In this document: one piece after another, positions 41,483 to 52,875 of the stretch | How the letters are laid out: every line of letters begins with the position of its first letter | How positions within the stretch are numbered: position 1 is the first letter of the stretch | Assembly: GCA_037447605.1 (NCBI GenBank) | Contig: CM074820.1 | Location: 124,001 to 188,000, forward strand | DNA length: 64,000 bases | DNA from: Zygnema circumcarinatum SAG 698-1b | Lineage: Eukaryota > Plantae > Zygnematophyceae | Reading direction: 5' to 3' | Translations under genes and position numbers: made by a program | The notes under the pieces: model-generated | Told to the model about the DNA's origin: nothing | Databases searched by the model: none | Seen by the model: the letters and a program-made list of their open reading frames with translations, nothing else

Positions 41483-42500
41483 TTGCACAAATGGGCTCTG
41501 TTCTTCGGAAGCTTCTGAAGGGTCCCATGGGTTGGTTTCGGTTTGCAGTTCAGGGAAATATTGTAACTGAAAGGGCGTCAGATCGTTGTGATTAGTTCGT
41601 TTGCGGAATATGACTTGGGAAACAGCATTGTAAATGCGTCACCGCAGCGTCTATGTCGAGTTAGGAATGCGAATAGCCATGCAGGACAACTTCTATGGAA
41701 ACGTTATGAAGTTTCGTAGGTTTGTTTCTCGTGTGGCTCAGTTTGCTTCAGAGCAGAATTAAGATTTTGGACTTTCAACCTTTAGCTTTCGCGTTAAACC
41801 TATTTGAAATCAGAAATCGTACTGCTTATGAATCTGAACTTCAGTGAAAGACGATACTGCTTTCGATTCTCCCCACGTGTCAAAAGCGTGGTCGGCCCTC
41901 CTTCCTTTCCTCCAAACTCCTCTCATTATTATAATGGTGCTCACTCTTATCCTCTCCGTATCTCCCTCTCTCTTCACACCTTGGCGCTTGCCAGTCTTCC
42001 CCCTCCAATGATTTTCAGGATCCTACTAGCATTAAGCTTCATCCAAAAGAAGTAAGTCCTCTGCTACTGTATAGAGCGAGCCTGGACAGAGTTGCGTGAC
42101 TGATGTTGGGCAGATCGCCGAGGATCAAACAATCAAATTCCGAAACCGTTTCCCCAGCACAGCAGCAAAAAATGAGAAGCGATTGATGTTTTTGGAAAAA
42201 AGAATGGATGAAAAATAGTGTCAAAAACAAGTAAAAAAAAAACTCTACAACCTTATTTCTCTGCTGTGTGCCTAGTTTACGAAACAAATAACAACAAAAA
42301 AATCTTCATTTTTCTCCGTTTTAGTAGATTAAACCGAGTATTCTTGGTCTCGACTGAAAGCCTTCTTTCATATCCCTTACATTCGGAATTCTTGCGGAAG
42401 TCACAGCCTGACCTTTCCCTAACATTTCCCAGTACGTAAACATTAAATCTAACAATGCACAACTAGAAATTTCTTCAAAAAAGCTCTTTCCCTTTTATAT

Positions 42501-43900
42501 TCAATATCGTGCAAGCTCCTTTCTCGAAGAGCTCCTCGCTGCCAATATCCGCTTCTTCTCCTCCTCCCCCTCCTGCATCCTTTCAGCGAATCTCAAACCT
42601 GGCCACGCCTCCGAAATAATGCCCACAGAAATATCATCCGCCTGCAGCGCCCCCTCCGCGGGGCCCTCCTTCAAAAGCAGTAGAAGAGCCGCAAGCGCAT
42701 CGGGAACAAGCACTTCCCTGGTTTCATATATTTCAATTTCAGCACTTTCAGTTCCATGTCCGCATGTCGCAGTCACAGTCACTTTCCTCATCTCCCCCAT
42801 GAGCGCGTCCTGCAAGTTCTGGTCTCCCTCCGTGAAGGGAACACCCAATAGAGTGGAGGCGTGCGTGTCTTCCTCGTAAAAATCCTGCACACAAAGTCAG
42901 TCATCATCGCACAATTAGCACTATAAAATGACAGAGATAATTACAAAATCAGGAACTTAAGGGGAAATCAGCACAATCAACTGCAACCAAAACTGTGCAG
43001 AATACTAGAAACCCATCCATGCGTTTTTCGGAACTTACATTTTCCCCCAATTTCTCAAAAACCCAAAACTGTAAGCTTCAGGATATATAAAATAAAAAAG
43101 AAAAAAAAAACCCTTACCTCGAAGTTCCCGTTAGACCCCAAAATTTGGTTTTTCAGGATGTTTTTGAGCACTCTGAAAGTCGCATTCGCAGACCGAAGAA
43201 GCGCCAAAAATTCTGGTTTTTGAATGAGGCGCTCGTAAGCTGAGTCCACAGGAGACAAGAGGATCGCCGACGGCTGGTCGGCCAATAGGAGGTCGACACC
43301 TGTCGCCATCAGCAGCTTCCGCGTAGTCGAATGCGCGTCCCCCATCGCCCTCAGCGCGTTGTGAATTTTAATTCTCATAAGGTCGCGGAGAGGAATGTTC
43401 TCCGCACACTCCCTGTCATCCTCTGCGTCGTCCCCCTCCTCCTCCCCTTCCTCCCCCTCCTCGCCAGGCTCCATGGCCTCCTCCGTCTCCCCTCCTTCCT
43501 CCGCTTCTTCTTCTTCCAATTCTTCATCCAATCCTGTTCCCATCTCTGTATCCCCTTCCATCCCCGATTCCGTTTCCGTTTCCGTTCCCATGTCCCCTCC
43601 TCCGTATTTCGGAGCGAGTCGGGCGAAAAACCGCAGGACGTGCCCGAGCGCGGACTGAACGGTGGCCGCCTCGCGGATGATGACATCATTCGCCCGCTCT
43701 GCATCACTGACATCATCGTCCTCGCTGACGTCATCGCGCGCTGCCACGACCCCCCCCCGCGCCTCCTGCTCGCGGAGGAGGGGATCAGAGCTCAGGATGG
43801 AAGTCTCAGAGAGGTCGGGAGGGGTCAGGGAGGAGACCGCACGGAGAGGGCACGCCAAGAAGAGCAGGAGAGGGAGGAGGGAGAGGCGGGAGGGAGCCAT
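42501..43900 (-). CDS. Secreted acidic protein with a divergent fasciclin (FAS1) domain, 388 aa (exons 43900-43118, 42884-42501)
   Basis: Signal peptide, E/D-rich spacer, FAS1-like H1 AILLSPVDSAY, LKNILKNQIL, STLLG, H2-like IYETREVLVP; phase-0 GT-AG intron. Confidence 0.75.
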
Positions 43901-44061
43901 GGCTGCGCGAGGGAGAGGGAGAGGTTGGAAGGGAGAGGGAGAGGGGGAGAGAGGGAGAGGGAGGGAGGGAGACAGGGGGAAGGCGAGGGCGCAAGGGAAC
44001 GCAGCCTCCACATCGGGCCTTTCTGCTGACAAGTGGTCCGAGACTCCCAATGGCGGGACGC

Positions 44062-44945
44062 CACGTGGGCACGAGCTGTACGCGTGGCGAGCCACTATTG
44101 CTCGGCGGGCCATGCGCCGTAATGACACCTGACAGGCGGTGGTCCACCACGTGGCGCGCCTCGGCGGGTGCGGACAGAAAGGCGGGGAGCGGCCGCACGT
44201 GCGGGATTTGGGCACGAAAAATAAATTAAAAAAATTGAGAGCCGACAGAGGCTGAAGGAAATGGTTGAACTGGGGTGGCGTTGAACTTGTGGACCTGCGT
44301 TCGCGGCTTCTGGAATAGTTCAACACCTTGGCTGGGAAATTTTCGCAGATGATAACTTCGAGGCTTGGATCCACCATGGAGATAATCGCGGATCTGCGTA
44401 ATCTGATCCGTCCGATTCGCATCCAATGGCTGTCACAGCACCGGACTCCGTGAGAGTCACAACTTCATCGATTCCAACAATTTAGGCGACAGGCCAAATC
44501 TGTACGGCAAACCCATTTCCCAAAAGCTGGACAGGTCCGGAGCAAGTTCCACCTTGAACATGTCCGCCAGCAAATTTTGCTAAAAGCCAATTTCAAATGG
44601 ATTTTGTTTCTGAAACTTCGCAATAGGTTTTGCCGTATTTTTTTGTGTCAAGTACCTCGGTAGTCCAATTATGGCCGTCATCGATAAATCTAACCTCCGG
44701 TCGCCGCAGGATTCTGAACACGGAAATTCTCACCGAAAGGGCGGCAGAATTTTATTTGGCCTGAGATGGGGATCAATGGCGAGCTGCCACGTCAAGCTTG
44801 ATTGATAAATTTTCGGATTGGTCGCAAAGTAAATACAAGAGGTTTACGGACCGATGAAATGAATCAAATCTCAATCGCGACACGTAGCCGCACGTGTGCA
44901 TGACGCTCCAAGTGGATATGCCACGTAAGTTTCGCCGTTCACGTG
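44062..44945. promoter_or_regulatory. ACGT/G-box cluster upstream of the FAS1 gene
   Basis: CACGTG at 44062, 44148, 44196, 44891 and 44940; CACGT(A/C) at 44788, 44881 and 44922. Confidence 0.55.
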
Positions 44946-45085
44946 AGGGTCAGGTCAAGGTCGGTCAAGGACCCGACAAATCGACATAATTCAGGTGTTC
45001 GTCACATGGAGCCGCCGTACGGATAGGCCTGGTCGGTGCGGGAGGGGCTGTGGCCGCGGGCGGAGGACGGGCGAGGGCCGCCAAA

Positions 45086-45181
45086 GGACATGGACATGGA
45101 CATGGACATGGACATGGACATGGACATGGACATGGACATGGACATGGACATGGACATGGACATGGACATGGACATGGACAT
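45086..45181. repeat. (GGACAT)16 microsatellite
   Basis: 96 bp of perfect hexamer. Confidence 0.97.
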
Positions 45182-45329
45182 GGTGGATGGATGCATGCAC
45201 AGACACGCGCGGTCGGTCCATGGCGGTCAGCGGTGTGAACGAGGGAGGTCGGGACTCGCCGGGCACTCGGTCGGAGGCTTCGCAGGTGGGAACGGATCGG
45301 ATCGACTGCCGCCGCTGGCAACAGGCGGA

Positions 45330-46380
45330 GGGGAGAGGCAGGCGGGAGCGGGTGGAGAGGGAGAGGGAGAATGACAGGGAGAGGGAGAGGGACAGGGAGA
45401 GAGGGGAGGGAGGAGAGGTAGAGGAGAGAGAGAGGGGAGAAGAAGAGGCAGAAGAGGAAGAGGAAGGGCAGAATGAGTGGTAGAGGGAGCGGGAGAGGGG
45501 AGAGGAGAGAGGGAAGGGCGAAGGAGAGGCAGAGAAGGGCGAGGGAGAGGGAAGAGGAGAGGGGAGAAGGAGAGGCAGAGGAGGGAGAGGGAGAGGGGAG
45601 GAAGGGAGGTGAGAAGGTGAGGCAGAGACGGGCGAGGGAGAGGGGAGAGGAGGATGGGAGGGGAGGAGGAGAGGCAGAGGGAGAGGGGAGAGTAGAAAGG
45701 GAGGGAAGAAGAGAGGGCGCAGGAGAGGGGAGAGGAGAAGGAGAGGCAGAGAAGGGCGAGGGAGAGTGGGAAGAGTGGAGAGGGGAGAGGAGAAAGGGGG
45801 GGGAGGAGAAGAGGCAGAGAAGGGCGAGGGAGAGTGGGGAGGGGAGAGGAGGAGAGGAAGTGGAGGGAGAGGGAGTGGTGGCAGTGGAGGCTCGAGAGGA
45901 GGGAGGGAGACAGGGGATATGGAGGAGAGAGGGAGAGAGAGAGAGGGGAGGGAGTGGTGGCAGAGGAGGGAGAGGGAGAGGAGAGAGAGAAAGGAGGGGG
46001 TGGGGGGAGAGGGAGGGGAGGGGGGGAGGAGGAAGAGGGAGAGTAGCGGTATGAAGTGGAAGGGAGAGAGAGAGTGGGGAGTGGGAACGGGATAGAGAGA
46101 GTTAAGTGGTTGAGGAAGACGGATCGCGAGATTGCCGGAGTGAGGGAGGGAGAGGGGAGCGGGAGGAGGGAGGGAGCAGAGAGAGGACTGTGGGTGACAG
46201 GCGACTGGACGGGAGGATGGGAGAAACGGAGAAAGTGAGGGGGAGGGGGATGGGAGGCATAGGAGTCATGAGGGGATGAGAGAGGTAAGCGAGGGAGGGA
46301 GGGAGGGCGGGACTACGTGTGTGTGAGAGGCAATGGCGGGAGGACAAACTCCGTGAGAGAGAGGCAAGAAGTGAGTGAGA
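45330..46380. repeat. GA-rich low-complexity tract
   Basis: About 1 kb almost entirely G/A on the plus strand. Confidence 0.85.
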
Positions 46381-46549
46381 GTGAGAATGGCATCATCATA
46401 GATGTCTTTGTCAAAGACTGCTTCCACCACTCAAGGAAAAATCATCACTTCTAAACACAGAAAAAAAATTACATTTTCAATTTAAGCAGGTATTTTAAAT
46501 TGTTCGGCGTGTTAAAATAATTTTAATAGATTAAGAACTGAAATTCCTG

Positions 46550-47155
46550 CTACCACGTCATCCTCCCAGCGGGAACACGCTCCTTGGTGAGAAGCAGCAG
46601 CTTCCTAATATTAAACCCAAAGCCTTTCCCGTGCTTTCCCCAAATGCCATTTGTACCCCTTTCGTAGTCATCCTCAAAATTTAAATCGTCATCGTCATTG
46701 CTGTCTTCGGCAAAAATGTCGTCGGATAAAGGGTCGTCATCTTCACTGTTTTTAGAAAAAGGAGAAAAAACGTTAACCTTGGAACACAATTCGAAGATCC
46801 GATTCAAGGGAAAGATAAGCGTACTGTGGGGCCCACTTTCTGACGGGTCCACTTTGTCGGTATCATCGCCAGAACCTTCAAAATCCAAAATTGCGTTTGG
46901 GTCTTGCTCATCATTCAAATAGGAGGAAGCATCGGTCGAGTCAGATGGCTCCCCACTGTTTGACTCCGACTCGAGAAAAGCCTCCTCAGAGTCCAAACCC
47001 TTCATGAAATTTTCTTCAATAAGAGCGTCTTGAATGTCTTGTTTTTCGGGCAGCAGTTCTGAAGAGGTTGTGACGGCGCACACGAGGGAGGGGAAGGCGA
47101 GAGTGAGGAGGAGAGAGGCGACCAGGAGGGAGAAAGCGGGAGAGGGAGGAGACAT
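46550..47155 (-). CDS. Secreted acidic orphan protein A (201 aa, single exon as read)
   Basis: MSPPSPAFSLLVASLLLTLAFPSLVCA signal, long D/E/S-rich region, ends FNIRKLLLLTKERVPAGRMTW*; CT-rich leader like neighbouring genes. Confidence 0.7.
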   Translation of the reverse strand: MSPPSPAFSLLVASLLLTLAFPSLVCAVTTSSELLPEKQDIQDALIEENFMKGLDSEEAFLESESNSGEPSDSTDASSYLNDEQDPNAILDFEGSGDDTDKVDPSESGPHSTLIFPLNRIFELCSKVNVFSPFSKNSEDDDPLSDDIFAEDSNDDDDLNFEDDYERGTNGIWGKHGKGFGFNIRKLLLLTKERVPAGRMTW

Positions 47156-47363
47156 GACTGGAGGAGAGCAAGGATACAGAGTGAGAGAGAGATACGCAAG
47201 GGAGGGAGAGAGGGAGGGAGAGGGAGAGAGGGGGAGAGAGAGGGAGGGCGCGGGAGAGAGATAGAGAGAGAGAGAGTGAGAGAGAGGGAGGGAAGAAGGG
47301 CGGCGCGCCGAGTGACCAGGGAGGCGAGTCCTTGCGCCGGCGCTTGCAGGGCACTCCAAAGGT

Positions 47364-47459
47364 GTACGGCCGACTGCTTTCAGATGTACGGAACCGTTGA
47401 CCACGGGTTTCGTACAACCTCTGGATTTGGCGTCACCTGAAAGTACAGAGTGAGTGTAC
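47364..47459. promoter_or_regulatory. GTAC cluster upstream of orphan A (5 cores in 96 bp)
   Basis: GTAC at 47364, 47386, 47412, 47443 and 47456. Confidence 0.55.
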
Positions 47460-48143
47460 GAACAAAGAGGCGGTTGTGATTGGAGGGACAAACCGGGCAG
47501 TTAAATCCTTACCCTGATTGGCGGGTCGATTGGGAGAGAAGCAAAACTTGAGATTTACACTTGTCTAAGCGCCGCGTGATTGGAGGACTTCACTGAAGAT
47601 GCCGCGTCGGGCAGTGAAAAAAAAGTAGTTTGTTTTGCCCTGAAATCTCGGATAGTCGGTACTTAGTCCTTAAAGCCGTTGACTAATCCGGTTAACCAAA
47701 TTCTAAATCTTCGGAGTCCAAATAAACGGCCCAATCAGGAGACGGCGGCAACCGACCTCTCTCCATGTGCCGACGCAGTTGAACACAGCCGTTCCAAATA
47801 TGTTTAACTCTCAGATTACAGTATTTACACGCATATAGCCAAATCGACCTGTTCCTTGCCATCTCTTGTTCGGCAAATCTGTTGATCCACTTGACTGATC
47901 TTCTGTTGTCGGTCAATCTGATACGCGAATCCCCTCGCGCGTGTTCACCGTCCAGCTTATCCACTTTTGATCCTGGATCCAGCTTGCGATCCGATTCCAC
48001 TGTGCGGCCGCGGCAGTTGTCATCGTTCCTTCAATGAATGCCAGCCGCAACTGCCCCCGCCCACATGGAACGCCCTCCCGTTACCGGCACCTGCCATCCT
48101 CAAGGGTCGTCGTCCAACTCATATAGCCAATCGCATTGAAGCC

Positions 48144-48293
48144 GTACGATGACGTGGCGTCGTAACGTCCAACATCCGTACTTAAATACAGAGTACAGAG
48201 GTACAGTACTAGCTCGTTTGTCGTTAGCGCTGTGCCGGTACCGTAAAAACATTCAACTGAATTGTACGTTGTCCGTACTGCCACGTCATGTAC
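48144..48293. promoter_or_regulatory. GTAC cluster upstream of orphan B (9 cores in 150 bp)
   Basis: GTAC at 48144, 48178, 48193, 48201, 48206, 48238, 48264, 48275 and 48290. Confidence 0.6.
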
Positions 48294-48444
48294 GGCGCGG
48301 GCCACTGCGAGCTAAAGCGGCCGCGCCCTCCGCTCTCTCTCGGGCACCGCCACTTTCCTCTCTCCTCTCTCTCTCTCCCTCCCTCTCTGCCTCTCTCTCT
48401 CCTTCTCTCCATCCCTCTCTCTCTCTCCCTATCTACCTCAATCC

Positions 48445-48888
48445 ATGGCTACCTCTCCCTTATCCGCGCTCCTCCCCTCCCTCCTCCTCATGCTCATCCT
48501 CACCACATCCGCCGATGCAAGCGCTGAAGCGGCTACCGATGTGACCGAGCCAACCGAAAGCGAGGTGACAGCGGCGGCGTTCGTGAGGGATTTCCTCACT
48601 CAAGAGGCGAAGCTGGAGGCGAAGCTCAACACGAGGATGGGCGACGCGGCGATGGAGGATTCGGAGTACGACGACAATGCAGATTCCTTCGTCGATCGCG
48701 GTTTTCTGCGGTCCGGATTCGGAAGAATTTTGAGTCTGTATGCGAAGCTGGCTGCGAAGGCGGCGAGGGAAGAGGGAGGGAGGGAGGGAGAGAGGGAGGG
48801 AGAGAGGGAGGAAGGCAGCGACGGAGGCGCGACGGAGGAGTGGCGGAATGTGGCAGAGAGGAGGGCTTTAGGGAGGAGGATGCTGTAG
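48445..48888 (+). CDS. Secreted acidic orphan protein B (147 aa)
   Basis: MATSPLSALLPSLLLMLILTTSADA signal, acidic region, amphipathic SGFGRILSLYAKLAAK, ends ERRALGRRML*. Confidence 0.72.
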   Translation: MATSPLSALLPSLLLMLILTTSADASAEAATDVTEPTESEVTAAAFVRDFLTQEAKLEAKLNTRMGDAAMEDSEYDDNADSFVDRGFLRSGFGRILSLYAKLAAKAAREEGGREGEREGEREEGSDGGATEEWRNVAERRALGRRML

Positions 48889-50174
48889 GCAGCGGCAGGA
48901 ATGAATTTCTTGACTTAAGTTAATCTTATGACTTCATTGAATCGGTCGAGCTGGAGGAGGGGGAATTGGAGGACGGCGGACACATTATCATTTCACAGTT
49001 CTATTCTCGATTACTCTTGCTTATTATACAGGCTTTAAGGACTGTAATTGTGCTACTTTGGAAGAGAGCGGGTGGCGTATAGGGAAACATGTTTACCACT
49101 ACGTAGCGTGACGTGACGGGCCATGCATGTACACGTAAGATAGGCTCAGACCTGTTGACTTTTTTGGAGTTTGGTGTAAATAGCCTGCTTTCCTTTTGAA
49201 GTCGAAGTCGGAAACAAAATTTGTATTTTCATGTTGAAGTGTCGTAGTTGTTTTTTCAGTTGAGAGAGGTATTCGCTGCTCTGATCGACATGGAGACAGT
49301 CGAACATGTTGGCTTTGTAAAGGGTTTAGAATTCAATGCCTAATGTACACCTTCATTGAAAAGAGAACCTGCTTTTGTTCCTGTTTTCGTTCTGTTGTTT
49401 GAAGGATTCTCGCGGAAGTTACGACGAGTCAAAAACTGTTTGTGTTCGGCTCAAGCCCTTGCAGTCCTGCGTGTAAATAAAAAATTATTTCTATGGAGAA
49501 TGCATTGTTGTCTGTACCTCCAGGATCTGATGATGCCAACATCATGCCTGCATTCTCTAAGCACGTTCATGCAAGATTTTATTGCACAAAATGATGATGA
49601 TGATGATGGTCATGATGTAGTCCACCATTCAAAGCCTAACCCGACCAAACAAACCACTCAAAAGGTGTAACTCATCTAAAAAGATGAAGCACAATTTTCC
49701 TCTTTAAGTATAGACAGCCGTCCAATGGAACCCCAGACAAGGCAGAAAGCCGGGTTTTTGAATGCGATTAAAAAAAAAAGAGGACATGCTTTCATCTACA
49801 ATAAGTGGCTCCATGGAGTGGTTTAGAAGGACCCCTTGGGGGCCCTCTCAGTCAAAGCCAAAAGCTTTATCGACATCCTTCCCATGAAAAAGTTATGATC
49901 ACGAATGCAGGAGGGCCCATGTACAGAACTCCTTTCTCCCTCTCCAACCCCTCCCTACCCTTTGACAGGTTCTCATGGAAATTCAGCTTGCATTCGAATG
50001 GCGAAGTCCATGCACCAACGAAATGACAGGTGGCACGTAGGAACTGGACGTTAATAACTGCTATGTGAGCAATGTATGCCGCTGCCTGCTTCACCGATAC
50101 CTTCAATAGCTAGTCAAATCAATTGGATCAAACAGAGTCAGCAGAGTCAGCCAAGTCAACCAAGTCAACTTTGG

Positions 50175-52550
50175 TTAACCCTTGAAATGCGACGGTACGT
50201 GCTTGGGAACCAGATCTTCCAGCACTTCAAGTTCCACCTTATGGCCCTCCGGGACTTCCCAGGGCTTCCATTCTGCGATCAAAGAATATAAGAAAACAAA
50301 GTGTGAAAATTCGAAAAGTGAGGAAAGGAAAGGCAGAGGAAACAGGAGGAGGAGAGGGAGTGGGGGAAAGAGAAGGGATGGCAGAGGGACAGGGGGAGGA
50401 AGGGACGAGGGGAGAGGGAAAGGGAGGAGAGGGAGAGAGAGAGGGAGAGGGAGAAGGAGAGGGCGAGGGGGAGAGAGAAGGAGAGAACAAGAGAGGGGAT
50501 GGCAGAGGGACAGGGGAAGGGACGAGGGGCGAGGGAAAGGGCGGAGAGAGGAAAGAGAGAAGGAGAGGGAGAGGGAGAGGGAGAGGGAGAGGGAGAGGGA
50601 GGGGGAGAGGGAGAGGGAGAGGGAGANNNNNNNNNNGGGAGAGGGAGAGGGAGAGGGAGAGGGAGAGGGAGAGGAAGAGGAAGAGGGGGAGGGAGAGGGA
50701 GAGGGAGAGGGAGAGGGAGAGGAAACGGGCGAGGGAGAGAGGGAGGGGACGCAGAGGAACGGGGAAGGGAAGGGACGACGGGAGAGGGAGTGGGAGAGAG
50801 AGGAGAGAGAGGGAGAGGGCGACGGGGAAAGAGAAGGAGAAAGTGGGGAAAGGGGAGGAGAGCCGGTATAGAAGTGATAAGCACCGTACGAATTAAACAT
50901 CATCCAAAAAACGTCGTGACTCTCTTGTCCCAACCTGTCCTCTCCCTCACTCAATTTTTCCTAACTCTGATTCAGATAAGCGTCTCTGCAGGGTAGTCCC
51001 TTCGCATAAGTATTTCAGAGAGTCCCATCACATTCCCACATAGCTACGCTATTCATTTGTGAGGAAATTCTCTTCAGTAAATCATGCAACACGAGCAAAC
51101 TTGAAATTTAAAGCATGTCTCCAACCCAAGGAGGAGGCTTGCTGCGGTCCTGAACCCTGCGCTAACATCATGCCTTCTCGAGGACTCTGAAAAATGGAAA
51201 AGGAAGGGTGAGGAAAGGATCCTCTATGACTGTGATACTACGAACCCTAAATCTCCAAAAACCTTGAAAGTACAAGATCCCTCAGGTTCAAGAAAATCCC
51301 CAATCACAGGAACCCTACAAAACTCTAAAAAACTTCAGAACAATTGAATAGTAAAGCCTCAGAATCTCCTATACAACCGAAGCTCTTCCAAAGGCTACAA
51401 CAAGCTCTTCGAACCCTAAGATTATCAGAGAACCCAAAAAATCACCACACTTTGCGATACTGCAATACGCAGAAATACTCTGAAACTCCCCACTACTCAT
51501 TATTTCTCCAATAGAACCCTAAATTCCCAGAAAACCGAAAATCGAAAACTGAACGCCACAACCCGCAAACTAAAATCCCCACATTCAAAATGAAAATCTC
51601 AATCACTCTTCTCCGGCCCCCTTCGAGCACTTCTCTCGACGCTGAAACATGAAATTTCCCGACCCCCTTCGAACCAAAACCGAGTTCACCTCGTCCATTG
51701 TAAAGTAGCCCTCAAAAATCTAAAGCCCAAAAACCAACAAACCCGAAGAACCTCAAACCCCAACTTACAAATCGTAAATATTTAACCCTAAAAAGTCTCC
51801 TGTCCACACATACCATCATTGATAAAGAGCTCTTTCAGCTCATTCTTCAACAACCCTAAAAACATACCCCAACCCCCCCCCCCCNNNNNNNNNNCCCCCC
51901 CCCCCCCCCCCCCCGGCCCCCCACCCCCAACCCCATGTCCTGAACCCCCGTACTCCTGCATCCTAACCCTAAACCCTACACCCCAACCCCAACCCTAACC
52001 CGAAAACCCTAAGCTTAACCCTAAACCCTAAAACCTTGACCGCAACCCTAACCCTAAACCCTAAACTCCAACCCCAAGCCGAACCCTTGAACCCTAAACT
52101 TCAACCCTAAACTCTAAACCCCAACCCTAACCCTAAAACCCTAGACCCCAACCCTAAACCCTAAACCTGAAACCCCAACCCTAGACCGTGCCCTGCCTGC
52201 CTGGCTTGCTGCCTGCCTGCCTGGCTCTGACCTGCCATCTTGGGAATGAGTTCAAGCTCGTCCCTGGCCTGGCAGATGAGCTCCTCGACCTGCCCGCACG
52301 CCACGCGCGCCTCTACGTCCGCCGCGTCCCGCGCCTCCTCGCAGGCCTTCAGGCGGAAGGCCGTGAGCCGCTCCACGCTGCGCCGGTACTCGGCCTCCGC
52401 GGGGACCGCCTGCACTGCGCGCAGCGTCTCGCGGTACAGCTCTATCAGTACTGCGCGCGCATCTGCGACCACGGGCAGCCCCACCACGCCCGTCGACTCC
52501 TTCTGCGCCGTCGACAGCAGGGAGGACCGCGAGAACCGCCGCAAAAACAT
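50175..52550 (-). CDS. NDUFA5: Complex I subunit B13 (exons 52550-52232, 50272-50175)
   Basis: STGVVGLPVVADARAVLIELY..CGQVEELICQARDELELIPKMA/EWKPWEVP..PKHVP; phase-1 GT-AG intron. Confidence 0.95.
51960..52185 (+). repeat. Degenerate CCCTAA/CCCTAAA/CCCCAA telomere-like repeats at the 5' end of the NDUFA5 intron
   Basis: Read directly; sparser AAACCCTA-like units extend back to about 51240. Confidence 0.88.
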
Positions 52551-52554
52551 GGCA

Positions 52555-52595
52555 AGGGTTTAGGGTTTAAGGTTTAGGGTTTAGGGTTTAAGGGG
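52555..52595 (+). repeat. (TTTAGGG)n-like telo-box array just upstream of the NDUFA5 ATG
   Basis: agggtttagggtttaaggtttagggtttagggtttaagggg. Confidence 0.9.
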
Positions 52596-52875
52596 TGAAG
52601 AGAGGAGGGGGAGTTGAGGAGGGGAGTCAGGGTCGAGGGGGAGGGATTAGGGTTCAGGCGGGAGAGGAGAGGGGGTCCAAGCGCTTTAGGGTTGGGAGAG
52701 AAGGCCCCAGGACCGGAGGGCGAAGGGGACCTCGTTCCATGTACAGTAGACGGTTCCAGTTCCCTTTCTGTTCCTGTTTCATATCGTGAGAAATATAACG
52801 GGACGGCTGTACGGCAAGGTACATGTGAATGTACGAACCGTTTGGACGTATGTACTGTACAACTTATGAAACTAT

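Noticed and set aside
44991-45321. (HV)n, (CP)n, (GH)n or (DM)n metal-binding peptides
   Set aside because: All arise from the six frames of (GGACAT)16; no independent coding evidence
46550-46590. CLE-like peptide (KERVPAG) at the end of orphan A
   Set aside because: Only RVPxG matches; the conserved P-x-P-L-H-N half is absent
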